Under the pieces are notes generated by a model. It was not told where the DNA came from. It saw only the letters and a list, made by a program, of their open reading frames with translations, and did no database searches. The position numbers and the translations under genes are program-made. 64,000 bases of DNA from Bilabrum cf. latius (lineage: Eukaryota): positions 1,116,001 to 1,180,000 of the forward strand of contig OZ237742.1 in NCBI GenBank assembly GCA_965178125.1. The letters are read 5' to 3'. Below are positions 24,794 through 37,181 of this stretch, one piece after another. Each line of letters begins with the position of its first letter. The first letter of the stretch is position 1.

Positions 24794-26032
24794 TCAGCCT
24801 AAACCTTTGCCCACTGTAATGCTCACTGATGGCATCCTCCCTCCCACGGCAACGGACCGTGCCGCCCCTACCGGCAGGCTCCATCGAAACGCATTGCATG
24901 GCGCCCGGTTGCCCACCAGCAGACCCAGCACCTCTTGCGCCGCCTCGGACTTTCTCACAGCCTCGGCCTCGTCCGCCAGCAGCAGGGACTGGACCCCGTC
25001 GGCCTCCAAGATGCCCCGGAGTGCCCCGCCCACGATCTTATCGTCCAGCCCGCAGATGCTGCGACGCAGAGAGCGCAGTCCCACGTTGATCGCGTCGTAT
25101 TGCTACTGCTCTGTATGCTGTGATACCGTCGCAGCCTTCGAGTCGTCCCCGGCTGTGCGCTAGGGTCTGCTCGCCTTCTGTATCAATTTTTGCAGCGGCC
25201 GCCAGACATCCAGAGGAGCGCCGCGGCTGAGCACTTGCTCGCCATCCTACCTTGAGTCCGCTATGGCCACGAACAGACCTTCGCATGCAGACTCCACCTT
25301 TGCAACCGTCGCATTGCCCAGTTGCTGCTCGCTCTGGCCTGCGAGATCGCAGAGCTGCAAGGCCTGCAGCCATACGCCAGATAGCTACTGCTCAGTCGTG
25401 AAAGTGCTAGAGTTCATAATACCTATGAAATGTACATATTGTTCCGCCTGCTCTATCCACCAGGCTTGGTTTTCCGGGTCGAAGTTACACATCGAGGTCG
25501 ACGCAAGGGCCGCTGCAATCCTGTCATGCCACTTCCTTGCGGTAGCGGCCAAGTCCGTATCGTCAATCCCAAGATCACATCCACCGACACTCTAAGCGCT
25601 TGCCAACTACGTCTACCTGTCGTTCCCGGACGCGGCAAGAGCTGATAGCAAAAGCTTCGTTGCCTCTACGCAGCCTGGTGAGACCTGCGTCCCTCCCTTG
25701 CAAGATCCATCAAACAATAAGCTAGATCTAGCCGCTAACCCAATGATTGCAACGCCCACAGCAAGAGCTGCCGCTAAGAGTATGCTTTGGGGAAAAAAAT
25801 ATATAGACCAAAACTTGCGAAATGCTTCTGGCAGTGCGTTTTGTCGCTAAAGTTGTTGGAACTACTAGTTTGATACAATTTCCATCATGTCAGCATTGGA
25901 GCTACCATCTGTAGTGTGATGGGTGTCCGCATGATTGTGTTCTTGCTCGAGCGGCTGCGGGTTTTCATCCGATTCTGACTCTGAACCAACGGAGCGCCTT
26001 CGTTGCAGCACCTAATCGCTATGTTCACTCAT
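24794..26032 (-). CDS. Hypothetical single-pass membrane protein, 412 aa, visible only with TAG=Gln
   Basis: ATG 26032 (in-frame TAA just upstream) to TGA 24794 with 11 TAGs and no TAA/TGA. TM segment ILLAAALAVGVAIIGLAA. Confidence 0.75.
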
Positions 26033-26253
26033 AGGTTAGTTCAATTATCTATACATAGAAGCAATAGAGGCACCCAGGCGTATGCTAACCCACGCTGAAT
26101 TAATGTGTTCACGGGATTGCCCACGCAAGTGTGGTCCCGGTTTGTCTCAAAGTCGGTTGAGCTGAGTTTCCAGGCTAATCTTGAGAATTCGCCAGCGTAC
26201 CGAGCCCGTATAGCACCTTGAGGCAGTATTCTATACCTTTTCCTGTCGAAATT

Positions 26254-28302
26254 TTACCGGCCGCGTCCGAAATCCACCGGAGACTCACCTCCTGGCCCAC
26301 CCAGTTCACGTCGCGTGGCAGACGCAGGGGGTGCCCTCACTAGCCTTTCCAGCACGCCCTGCAGAAGGCCGCACTTCGGAACCAGCGTGTCTGCGCACAA
26401 AAACTCCGCCTCCTTGTCCTCCCCAGACCCCTACGAGCGCGCCCCCCCGGCCTTGTGCGCGTTGGCGCCGACGGGCCCGAACCCATCCAGGGCAGGTGCC
26501 AGGTGCCCCAGGTTGTTAGCGTCCGACAGCCCGCCCCGGCGCTGCAGCTCAACCCGGAACTAAGGGGGCGGCTGCGGAGAGTCTGCCGTAGCACCAGAAG
26601 AAGCACGTCCAGCCGATCCGGGCGAATCCCGCGGCTCCCCGGCCGAGCCCGAGCCAGCCAGCGACAGGAGATCCTCCCCGGCGAGCCGCACCGTATTTGC
26701 CAGCTCAAGCACCGCGGCAGCCATGGCGCGGTGGGACTCCGGGTCCTTGGGTTCGGCAGCGAACGTTCGCTGCACGTCCTCCAGAGGAGCCACGAGCGAT
26801 TTGTCCCCCGCCACTCTCGCCCCGCTCGCGCCGTCCAGCGCCTCCCCCAAGGGGGCCCACGGCCTCACCTGGGTCACCGTGCGGGCCTCCATCGCTACGG
26901 GCGGCGCCTGCTGTCCCCTGCCCCCGGGCTGTTCCCTGCGGATGGCACGTGTCACGGCGTCGTCGGACCTTCGGAGCGCCTCGAAAAATGATTCCGGGTC
27001 CCTGCCTCGAATTTCGTACTCTGCGCGCGCCGCGCCCGGCACGGTGTTGTGGGTGGTCCCTCCCTCCAGCCTGCCCACGTTGGCCGTGATGCCCCCGAGT
27101 TTCGGCTCCGAATCCACGACGCTTTCGATGGCCTCGGTGGCGCGGGCCGCGGCGAGGAGGGCGGAGGCGCCTGACGAGTGCGCGTTGCCGGCGTGCGCCT
27201 CTGTTCCCTGGAAGGACAGCTCCTGGACTCGCATGCCGGGGCGCGCGGCCACCAGCCTCGCGGACTGGAGGGCGATCGCCGCCCCGTGGGGGTTCGCATC
27301 GCACTCGTCACACGGTTCATCCATGAACTGGGAGGCTGCCAAGCCGGGGGCCAGGACAGGGCCGCTGCTCGCCTCCTCGATCGCCCGAGCAACTGCTCCG
27401 TGCCCGCCTTCAGCAGACGCAGCCTGGTCGCCGCCGGTCGCGAGCTGAGCCAAACCAGATTCCATCACGAGAATCGCAGCGAGGCGCGAGGGGTGAAGTT
27501 GCTTGCGCTGCAGTGCGGTGAGTGGCTTGTCGCCGTCCGGCAGCTCATCAGCGTCCTCACCCACCAGTGGTGCCGGTGGTAGTTTTAGGAGTAGTTGTGG
27601 TGGGACTTCACCAGCAGCGTCGCCGTCGGCCTCGGAACTACTGCCTGCCGACGTGCTCGCGCCATTAAACCGCCAGCTGCCACACGCAGCTGGCGCCGTG
27701 CCGGTTGCGCGCATGAATCGCTCCGCCGCCGGCCCGAAGCAGGGCACCATCTCCTCCTCGGCTGCGTTCAGCCACAGGTGCCAGCCGGCTGAGGCGAATA
27801 GGTCCGGCTGCTCTGCTCGCAGGGCGGCAAGCGATGCGATTGCAGCGATCGTTCCGCCGTGGATGTCGATCGTGCCCGGGCCCCGCACCCAGTTCGGGCC
27901 CTGGCGTGCCGCGCAAATCTCGCCAACAGCTCCCTGGGGCGGATCGGCTTCGCTCGCAAACGGCGACCAGGAGTGCCCGGCGCGGCCAAGCACCTCGGCA
28001 GGATAAACTGTATCCAAGTGAGATACTAATGCCACGCTGTTGCAGTCGCTGTCTATGCCGCCGGCGCCTCGTGGAGACCAGTACATGAACAGATGCTTGC
28101 CATGATCCGGCGAGGTCTGGCACTGCGGCTGCCACAACATGTCGGGAGTACCAATGCACTATTTTGCGATTGCTACCACAGCTTGGCTGGTCTAAAGTAT
28201 CCCTTGCCTTTCCCGTGTCCAGCTTGAACAAGCACTCAAGGATCGCAGGCAGCTAAGTAGGCCTCTCTGACGCCTACGCAGCCAGCCCATGCACCCATTC
28301 AT
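26254..28302 (-). CDS. M20/M25/M40 metallopeptidase (carboxypeptidase G2-like)
   Basis: SHLDTVY, GPGTIDIHGG, AEEE, GTEAHAGNAH..GASA, TANVGRLEGG..HNTVP. Beyond the TAG at 26560 lie GGLSDAN and LDGFGPVGANAH. Ends TAA; the 3' end could include an intron. Confidence 0.85.
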
Positions 28303-28594
28303 GCTATATATTACAGCTAGCGATGGCGTTGGTGTTCAGATCTTTGGCGGTCTCGTTTCGCTACCCCTATCGACAGATCGCGGGTTTGATACTGCCTATT
28401 ATTGGTGCTCGCACACTACCAAATCAGGTTGTGATAACTACCAGCCGTCAAGCTTTCTTACAATCAATAGATTGTACTCATCGTGATATGAATCTATGAC
28501 CTTATTGTGCATAGAGACGCAGTATTTCGCGAACATTTTCGAGGTCACGGTGGCAGTTCCGGGATAGCCTGACATCCGCCGCTGAATACCCCCT

Positions 28595-31216
28595 TCAGTG
28601 CCACGTCTTGGCAGCCTCCTCCAGCTCCTGGTGCATCATGCTTACCACCTTGGCGTTGGAAGGGTCGCTCGCCACGTTGGCCGCGAATCCGTCAAAGTCG
28701 TAGAAGTCGGGGTCCATCGGGTCCAGCTTCCGCAGGTCGTACAGTTCCTGCGCCTCCAGTCTATTCCAGTCCGCCGTCATGCTCGTGTGGTTCCACGCCA
28801 GCCAAGCCGTGTATCTCCAGTGCCCGCCGAGCTCCGGGCGGTCCGCCTGCATCGAGTAGCCCATGTAGTTGAACTCCGTCGAGTTCTTGGGGGTCCACAG
28901 GCACGCGCCTGCGTCGCATTCCTTGACCTTGTGCTCGGGGTAGTACTGGCACTTGCACCTGGGGATCTGGGAGAAGCCAGCCTTACGGGCCACCTCGGGC
29001 GATGGGCTCTCGGGGTCCTCGAACACGCTCTTGAGGCTTGTTCCCTGGACCGAGTCCTCCACGGGCCCGATCCCTGTGAGGTCGGCAAGGGTGCGGTACA
29101 TGTCCACCAGCTCTGCCTTGATCTCTGTGGACTTGCCGTGGCTCTTTGGCATCCAGGGCACGTAGACCAGGAGGGGCACCCTAACGGCCATGTGGTAGTT
29201 GGACTTCTTGCTCCAGGCGTTCTGCTCGCCTGTGGGCAAAGGAAAACGAAGCCAAAAGTACAAAAGGAGATGGCGCAGCGATTCTGGGATTGGTAGCGGG
29301 TAGTACGTTCCATTACGGTGCGGGGACCTCTGGTGTAGCACGGCTCTTGTGCTTGTGATCGCGCAACTACTCCTGCAAATGTTGCTACATGGCAGGATTA
29401 TAGACCAAGTGACAGCCAGCACCGCAGCTCCGCTCGCAAACACAGCTACATGCGGGAGGCCTACTAGCCCGTGCAATGCTGCTCACCTAGAGAATAACCG
29501 TGGTCTGAGTGCATCACCTGCGATGATACGAGAAGTCGGGGTTCACAGCGCATCAAGGCCATGCAGCATCGTGCTCCACATCAGACCTTTGGCGTTTTAT
29601 TGTTGCCGGCATCCATAGAGCCCGCGACGCCGGTGTTCACCAGGCAGCACAGTCGGCTCTACTCACCACGATGGTCTTGGCTGCCACCTCGGGCGACAGC
29701 TGCTGCATGTGCTTGTACATCTTGCCAAGCATGTGGTCGGTCCACGTGACGGCCGCCTTCCTCCACCTCCTGATCTCCCTTTGGTGGTCCAGAGGCATGA
29801 CGCACGTGGGGCAGCCCAGATGCGGGTCCTGCTGGTCGCCGTCCTGCCACTGGCCCGACATCCAGGGGAAATCCTTGGGCGCTCCGGGGTACTTTGGCAC
29901 GGTGACCGGGTCACCACCCGAGCTGTTGGAGGGGTACAGCTCGGTGCCGTAGAATCCTGCGGTTTCGTGGCAAATGCGAAAATGATGAGGATACTAGTAG
30001 GCTGGGTTTGCATCTGGTCAGACGCGACAAAGTTGAAGCTGGCAACCAAAGAAGAGAAAGGTACATAGCAAGTACGCCCGCTACGAGCAAGCATGTGCTC
30101 GTTCCAGGAGCACCTGCTCGTTCTCGTGCTCACCCTTCGGCACCCTGAACTCGGCATGAGGACTGCGAAGGGGCAAACATGGAATAAAGAGGCGGCTTAT
30201 GGGTGATGTAGGCCTAGATTAACTACCAATGCACCAAGTAAATGGCGCCCGATGCTCCGTGGTACGGAGCAAACTGCCAGCGGGAGCGCCCCCTGCCTGT
30301 CCCTGCCTCTCACCGGTGGTTGCCGCAGCCCACGAACCAGCTCTTGCCGCTGGCATGCGCCAGGTCTAGCCGCTTGACGCACTCTGCCAGCACCAGGTCT
30401 TCGTCAGTGTACGGCGTCTCGCTCTTCTCGGTGAGTCCGCAATAGTTGGACCCGATGGGGTCCTTCATGTCGCCCTCGCCGCACTTGATCCAGGCGGTGT
30501 GGTTGGCGGGATAGCTCCACGACTTGGGGTCCTAGTCAAGAGGAGCGTCGTGGTAGATCTTCCCAGCGGCGGTGGTGAAGTATTCAGCGTTTTTGAAGAG
30601 CTGGGGCATGGCTACCCACTGCTCTCCGTCGGGGTTTGCCGTTCGGAAAGACTGCAGGAAGTTGAGGACGCCAGTGCGGTCCGGCCGCCGGCCGCTAAGG
30701 ACTGCGATAAATGTGTAAGACTTGGATCAATTGGAGCACAGATGCCGTCGCTGCTCATTCTTTGGTCCTGTGAGACGAGAGTCCACACAGCACAGAATCT
30801 AGGATCGAATTGCTACGCACATGAGTTTCGGCTGGGTGCGCAGTACGCAAAGTTTGTCACTGCTGAATGAAACGTCAGCGCTTTGCTGGCAAGCTCGTCG
30901 AAGAACGGCGTGATCAGGTGTTCTTGGCCGTACGCGGAAGCCATCTCATTGCGAAGATCGTCGGACATCAAGTACAGAACTGCGATGCGCTGGGATAAGA
31001 TAGAACGCGAACCGAGAAACAATCACTCCTTTATAAGAATACAAGCATGATTTGCATGTCACATGGGTGCATTCAGCAGAACGTGCACGTATCACTTGTG
31101 ACGCGCCACCACGCCAACTGCAACTCCGGCTCACTGTTTGGGCGATCAGGAGCGTCCTGGCCAAACGTAGCTGCAGTTAGACTGTATGCTAATATTATAC
31201 TTGATACAGTTCGCAT
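28595..31216 (-). CDS. Secreted iduronate-2-sulfatase/choline-sulfatase-like sulfatase, multi-exon
   Basis: Signal peptide MRTVSSIILAYSLTAATFG, RPNILYLMSDDLR, FGly motif CAPSR, GKIYH, HRPH, SDHGYSLGEQNAWSKKSNY, VRVPLL, ELVDMYRTL. About six GT-AG introns; ends TGA. Confidence 0.88.
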
Positions 31217-31358
31217 CTTAGGAGACTAGCTGAACTAGAAATGTTTGAAGAGCGGCTCGAGTGTTTACGAAAGAGAGTGAGAATAATTCGCGAGACTGCA
31301 GATCCAGCCGAATGGGTGGCCGGTAAACTCTTCACTCTAGACGGCTCCTCCAAGCCGC

Positions 31359-34300
31359 TCACAGACCAAGCTTGGCCCTCGCCATGGCCTCGATCTCATC
31401 GTTGCTCGGCTGCTTGCTTGTGATGGTCGTACCGTCGTCGAGCCCCATGGCAAGCCAGTCCGAGAAGGAGACCGTCTTGCTCCCGATCTTCACCTTGGCC
31501 CCGTCAGCGCCACCATCGGCCACGATCGCGTTTCCGTTTGTCCTGAAGTCGTTGTTCGTCGCGTTGGTAGGATCGATCGAGTACTGCAAGTTGTACACGG
31601 TGGGCGTCTGCACAGACGGGTCAATGATGCACGTGTTGTTGTAGTAGCCCTCGGGGTGGTCGGGCCCTCCCGTCGTGGAGACGCTGAAGCACTGCGGGGC
31701 GTACACCCTGGCGTAGATCTGCAGCTCGTTGTACGTCTTCTTGTCGTACCCGCCGAAATCGCTCTTGTGGCCTCCGCCGTACGCAACAGAGTCGTGGATG
31801 TTGTAGAGGGCGCTCCCGTCATCGTTGTCAACGCAGTTCACGGCCCCGTAGTTGCCCATGTAAAAGTTCTAGGAGAGGTCCGTGGGGGTGGGGTGCACCG
31901 TGGAGCCCACACCGTCCTGGTCCTTGAACAGGTACACTTGGCGGGACCACGAGTTGAACACTGCGGGAGGGAAATCGACGAGCTGGTTGAGAGGTGGTGG
32001 CGTCGCGATCGAGATCTTAGATCGTGGTGGCAAAAGGGACACAGTCCTCGATCGTTGGGAATGCCGCAGGGGTCATCGCGCCACGAAATAGCCAAGGCCA
32101 TGCGCTGGTTCTCACCAGCATGATCGGAGGATTCCCGGCACATGTTGCCAAGGAAGTTGCGGTGGATCTGCGAGCCGAAGGTGCCGCCCTTGTCGTTGGC
32201 GTTGTAGCCGGCGCGGGGCCCGTTGAAGCAGAGGTTCTCCACGAAAGTTCTGCGACAAGTGCTTGCAAAGAACAGGAGTGGGTTTGAGTGGTGGTGACAA
32301 TGGTACAAGCGGTGGGGTTCCGACACGCAGCGCTGGCCCCGCAAAGCATGGTATATGCTAATGCCGGCATAGGGGGGCGGATTCTCTACAAGCCCTCAAG
32401 TGGCAGGCAGGACGGAACGTTTGAGTTGGTTTGTATCCTCACGTGTTGGACGTCTTTGACTCGAAGACGCACGACTCCTGCTTGGGTGGTCCCACTCCTA
32501 TCTCTCGAATCAGGTTGCCGCGGATGAACACGTTCGTCGGCTGGTCGCCGTCGGTCAGGTCCATGAGATCGTCCCGGGCCTGTCCGTTGAGTGCGATGGC
32601 GGTGCTGCCGATCCATGCGAACTCGTTGTTGGTGATGAACGAGTCCTTGTTGTACCCGTTCAGGAAGACGGCGTTCCCGTCGCAGCGCTCGAACAGGCAC
32701 CCATCGATGGTCAGCCCCTCCGTGTTCTCGGCAAGCAGCGCCCCTATGAGCTCCAGGCTCCAGTCCCCGCCAGACGGCACGATGTGGTCTTCAAGGTAGG
32801 TAGACGCAGCCCCGATGAACTTGATTCCGCGGAACGCCACGTCACGAGCGGCCGAGGCTTGGGAGCTGCCGGTGATGGTGAAGAGTGAGTTGAGCACGGT
32901 TGGTGCAAACACCTCGTCGGCTGACGGTGGCTTGAACTCGGTGTTGTTGGGGAAGTAGTACAGGTACGCGCCATCGGATGGCTTGCCCGAGGGAAACTCG
33001 ATGAAGAACTCGTTGGGGTTGTCCAGCAGCACCAGGGCGTTGTCGATCCAGTACTCGGCGCCCTCATCTGCCCCTCTGGCCCCTTGGAAGCCGCCCACGG
33101 TCCAGTTCATGCGGCCGTTTTCGAAGTCCGCGTCGTCGATGATGAAAGACCAGGTGGCCCAGTGGGCCTCCCTCCACGTGTGGAAGCCCAGCCGGTCCTG
33201 CAGATCCGCCTTCTTCAGCGCCTCGGGGAACACGTCGTCCTTGGGGTCCCACGTGACGCCCCACGGCTGCTTGAACGGGACGCCGCCACCTCCCTTGGTG
33301 TGCTCGCCGCACCAGTACGAAAAGTTCGGCTTGAAGATGTGGCAGTGTCCCCCAAAAGCGCCCTGGAAGTTGTTGAACATACCGGACCAAGTGTCGTTAG
33401 GAGAGTCCACGAACACGGGGTCGTACGAGGTGTAGTCGCTCCGGATGGGTCCCCACGTGATCTTCCCAGAGGCCCAGCCGGCCGGGAAGAAGTCGGTTTC
33501 GGGGTTGCGCACGTTGGGCCACCTCGCTCGGATGGTCCTGCTCCACTCGAGACCACTGCTACCGCCGCTGCCGCCTCGCGAAGTCGACTGCGAAGCCGAA
33601 GACGGCGACCCGTGGAGCACGCCATACGTCTAGGGTGAGAGCTTGGCAGCCTGATCGCTTGAGATCTTGGCCCGCCACACGTTGGCAGGGGTCGTCTTGT
33701 ATCCCGACACGATGTTGTCTTCGTGCACTGGGGTCCACTTTCCGTCCGTGCGGCCGTAGCACCCGTGGGCCCACTCGTCGCCCGACTCGCCCTGCCACGT
33801 GAAGCCGGTGCATTCCTTCCAGCCCTCGCACAAGCCGGCGCACGGCTCGTAGCTGTCGAACTGGCCCAGGTAGTGGATATTGCTGGTGTTCTCCTTCGGC
33901 TAGGAGATCTGTCCGTAGATGTCGTTGGAGTTCATGGTGATATCCATGGTCGAGCTCCCGTTCTTGGTGACGTTGTACGGCTCCCAATTCAGGTCGTTCA
34001 GGGGCATGGCGCCGCTGACCACGGGCTCCTCGTCCTGATACGCCTGGAACGTAAGGCCAGAGTCCTGCTCGGTTAACGCGATAGTCCCTGTCAGCGTGTA
34101 GAGGCCCCCTCGCAGCACAATGGTGCGAGTGGAGCTGGCTGGGGCGCGGGACGCCTCGACGCCACGCTCGATGGTCTTAAACGGAGACGATTCGGTGCCG
34201 CTGCCCGAATCCGAACCGTGCACTGGATCAACATAAAACGTAGGCTCGTCTCCGTAGTGTTGGCGATCAATAGCCTGGGGCAGAGCTGCGATGCTAGCTG

Positions 34301-34731
34301 CTTTGCCTTCGAGGATCGCACCCTGGATGCCATGCGGCGGCCCGGTCTGGTTGCATCGGGTAGTGAGCTCCTGCGAAGGACCAAGTGCGCAAAATCAGAT
34401 GTAAATACAGCAGCATTGCGAGCAATGCACCGGAAACTTCCGATCATGGCCCGGTAGGACGTAGTATTCTCACGAGAGCGTCCCACAGTGATTGCAGTGG
34501 GGCCCTAGCCGGCATAATATCCAGCCCAAAGTCGTATGCGACTCTCCTGAGCTTGCAGTCCAGATCTGGATTATTTGGTGCGGGGGTAGGATTGTACGTG
34601 AGCTGTTCTACAAGAGCCCCGTACGCTTCGAGGCGCTCTTTCTGTCTCGCGGGCGATTCTGGCACATGGAACGGCGAATTAAATGCCTGAGAGACCCCAG
34701 CAACGCACAGCAGCGCTAATGCAGACATCAT
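31359..34731 (-). CDS. Secreted right-handed parallel beta-helix protein (GH141-like) with a Cys-rich PAN/apple-like insert, multi-exon
   Basis: Signal peptide; FYVDPVHGSDSGSGTESSPFKTI, IVLRGGLY, YQDEEPVVSG, RARWPN, GGFQGARG, LLDNPNEF, VPSGGDWSL, NLCFNGPRAG, NMCRESSDH, DNDDGS. TAGs at 33900, 33630 and ~31869 bridge ORF fragments; ends TGA. Confidence 0.75.
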
Positions 34732-35037
34732 TTGAGGCGATAGGTTGGCAATTGGCGAACCGGTGTAAACCCAAAATGCCCTGCTACGCCAACGGCGCCG
34801 CGCATGATGCCATCGGCGGGCCGCCGGCGCGCGGCCGACCCGGGCTGTGCATTGCAGGCGTGCTGCCATACTTGGCTGGGATTACGAGCTCCAAAGCCAC
34901 AGAATCAAAAAAATAATTCAAACGAGTACGACTTCACTCTCCATGTTCTTTTCATACGGCGGCACACACCGCGACCCCCCCTTCACTTTGCTTCCCCTTT
35001 TGCCCCTCACCGACTCCGGCAGCACACGCCAATCCTC

Positions 35038-36903
35038 TCAGTGCCCGCCCTGATAGTGCTCAGGATATTTGGCCACGTGCTCCTCTAGCTGCTCCTTCTG
35101 CTCCTTGAGGTGCCAAGGCATGTCACCGGCGTACACGTCCGTGAAGAGGTGCTCCATCCCCGGCTTGGGCTTGCCCTCGGCCGCGGTGAGCGCCTTGAGG
35201 ACCGCCCGCCTCTCGAGCTTCGAGGCGGCTTTCTCCTTCTCGTCGTCCCACCACCCCCGCCGCTCCAGGAACTGCCTCATGCGGAACACGGGGTTCATCT
35301 TGGCACGGAACCTGGCGATCTCCTCCGGCTCCCTGTACGCGGTCGAGTCGTCCGACGTGCTGTGGTGCCCCTCCCGGTACGCCATCGTCTCGATCAGCAC
35401 CGGCTTGCTCTCCTCGCTGGCGTACTTCCTGGCTTCTTTGGTGGCGTGCAGCACGGCAAACGTGTCGTTGCCATCCACCCGGATGGTCCTCATTCCGTAG
35501 GCCACTCCTCTGGGGGCGATCCCGTCGCCCCTGTACTGGTCCTCCGTGGGCGTGGAGATGGCGTACCCGTTGTTCCTGCACACGAAGATCACGGGGCACT
35601 CGAGCGTGCACGCGATGTTCATCCCGGCGTGGAAATCGCCCTCGCTGGCAGCGCCCTCGCCGAAGTAAACCACCGACACGCGGCCCTTGCCCTCTTGCTT
35701 GAGGGCGTACCCGACACCCGCCGCCTGAGGCACCTGCGTGGTCAGCGGTGAGCTGATGGTGAAGAAATTCAAGTCTTTGGAGCCGTAGTGCACGGGCATC
35801 TGTCTGCCCTTGCCCGGGTCGTCCTCGTTTGAGAAGCATTGGTCCGCGAAATCCTGCAGCGTGTACCCCCTCCACATCAGCACCCCGGCCTCCCTGTACT
35901 GCGCGTTGATCGGATCATCCGCCTCCAGCCCTGCCGCCGTGCCGATCTGCACCCCCTCCTCTCCCGCGTTCTGCATGTAGAACGATATGCGGCCCTGCCT
36001 CTGCGCGTCATAGAAGACCTTGTCCATGGCCATGACCCGCAGCATGTGCTGGTACATGCTGAGGACCTGGTCCCTGTCCAGACCGAGCATCTCGTCCGGC
36101 TCCTGGCTCAGACCCTCGCACAGCGTGCCGTCCTCCTGCACCATGCGGTACACAGGGATCCTATCTTGCTCGTCGGGGTTGATCGGTTCCAATGATGTCG
36201 TGATGGGGAGCACCATGCCACGCGCGAATTCGGCTGCGAAAATAGGCAACAAGGTCGGCAGTGTCGGGGAAATGAGCACGGTGAGTCTTGGAAGCGCGCA
36301 TATGTGCTTTTCTGGTGCGTTCTGGCGATGTAAGAAACAAACAGATGCATTTCGCAGTGTTCTAGAGTCTGCAGCTTGCAGATCTGCAGCACCGAATCAA
36401 CCTGCCTCGTGCCGCGAACTGCAACAGGACGTGCATCTTGGGGGAGCAGCCGGGAAGCGGGACATGCAGCAACACCCTACGGTCTCCTACGAATGTGAAT
36501 TGTTCCACATACCAAAATATTGGTGCCATTTTTTGCTACGCAACTCTTCCCAGCGCTGCTTCACGACCAAGCCAGACCTTGACGTGGCACTCCGATTCGG
36601 GCGACAAGGCCCATCCACCGCCGACGGCTTCACAAAATAGCCAGTACCACCATACCAGCCACATGTTAAATATACACACATATATTGCGTGAAGATTGTA
36701 CTCACTCTCCCCAACGATGGCATCTGACCGGCTGGACCTAGAGAAGCACCTGGTTTGCTGCAACCGAGCTGGTTCTAGTGGCTGCAGGCCACGCCAAGGT
36801 CGCTGCCCGCGAACCAACTAGCTACCAAGGCCAACCAATCGCTTTCGCAGCGCGGCAGCCATACTTTAGGGTTGGAAGAGCCAAACTTTGCCGCCGAAGA
36901 CAT
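35038..36903 (-). CDS. BCKDHA: Branched-chain 2-oxoacid dehydrogenase E1 alpha subunit; 5' exons upstream of ~36235 and the start are uncertain
   Basis: YDAQRQGRISFYM, QYREAG, GKGRQMPVHYGS, TISSPLTTQVPQA, YFGEGAASEGDFHAG, CRNNGYAIST, YREGHHSTSDDSTAYR; ends TGA. Confidence 0.92.
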
Positions 36904-37181
36904 CTTGATTATGGGCGTTTGGATGTGCACCTCACAAACCATCAGAGTGAATTTTTGTCTGAAGCCTCTAGCACCCACTAGAGAGAAAGCCGGGGAATAA
37001 AACGACGATTGGAAGCCAAAGTCATACATCTCGTGGCGCTTTGTTTCGGTGGAGGCGCGCGCGCGCATACTGAAGCAGCGTCAGTCGAGCCGCACCGCCG
37101 GTCCTGGCGCCCCAACCGCAAGGAGCAGCAACGAGCGAGTTCGATGGGCCATCCGAACACACGACGCAATTGTATGAATAC

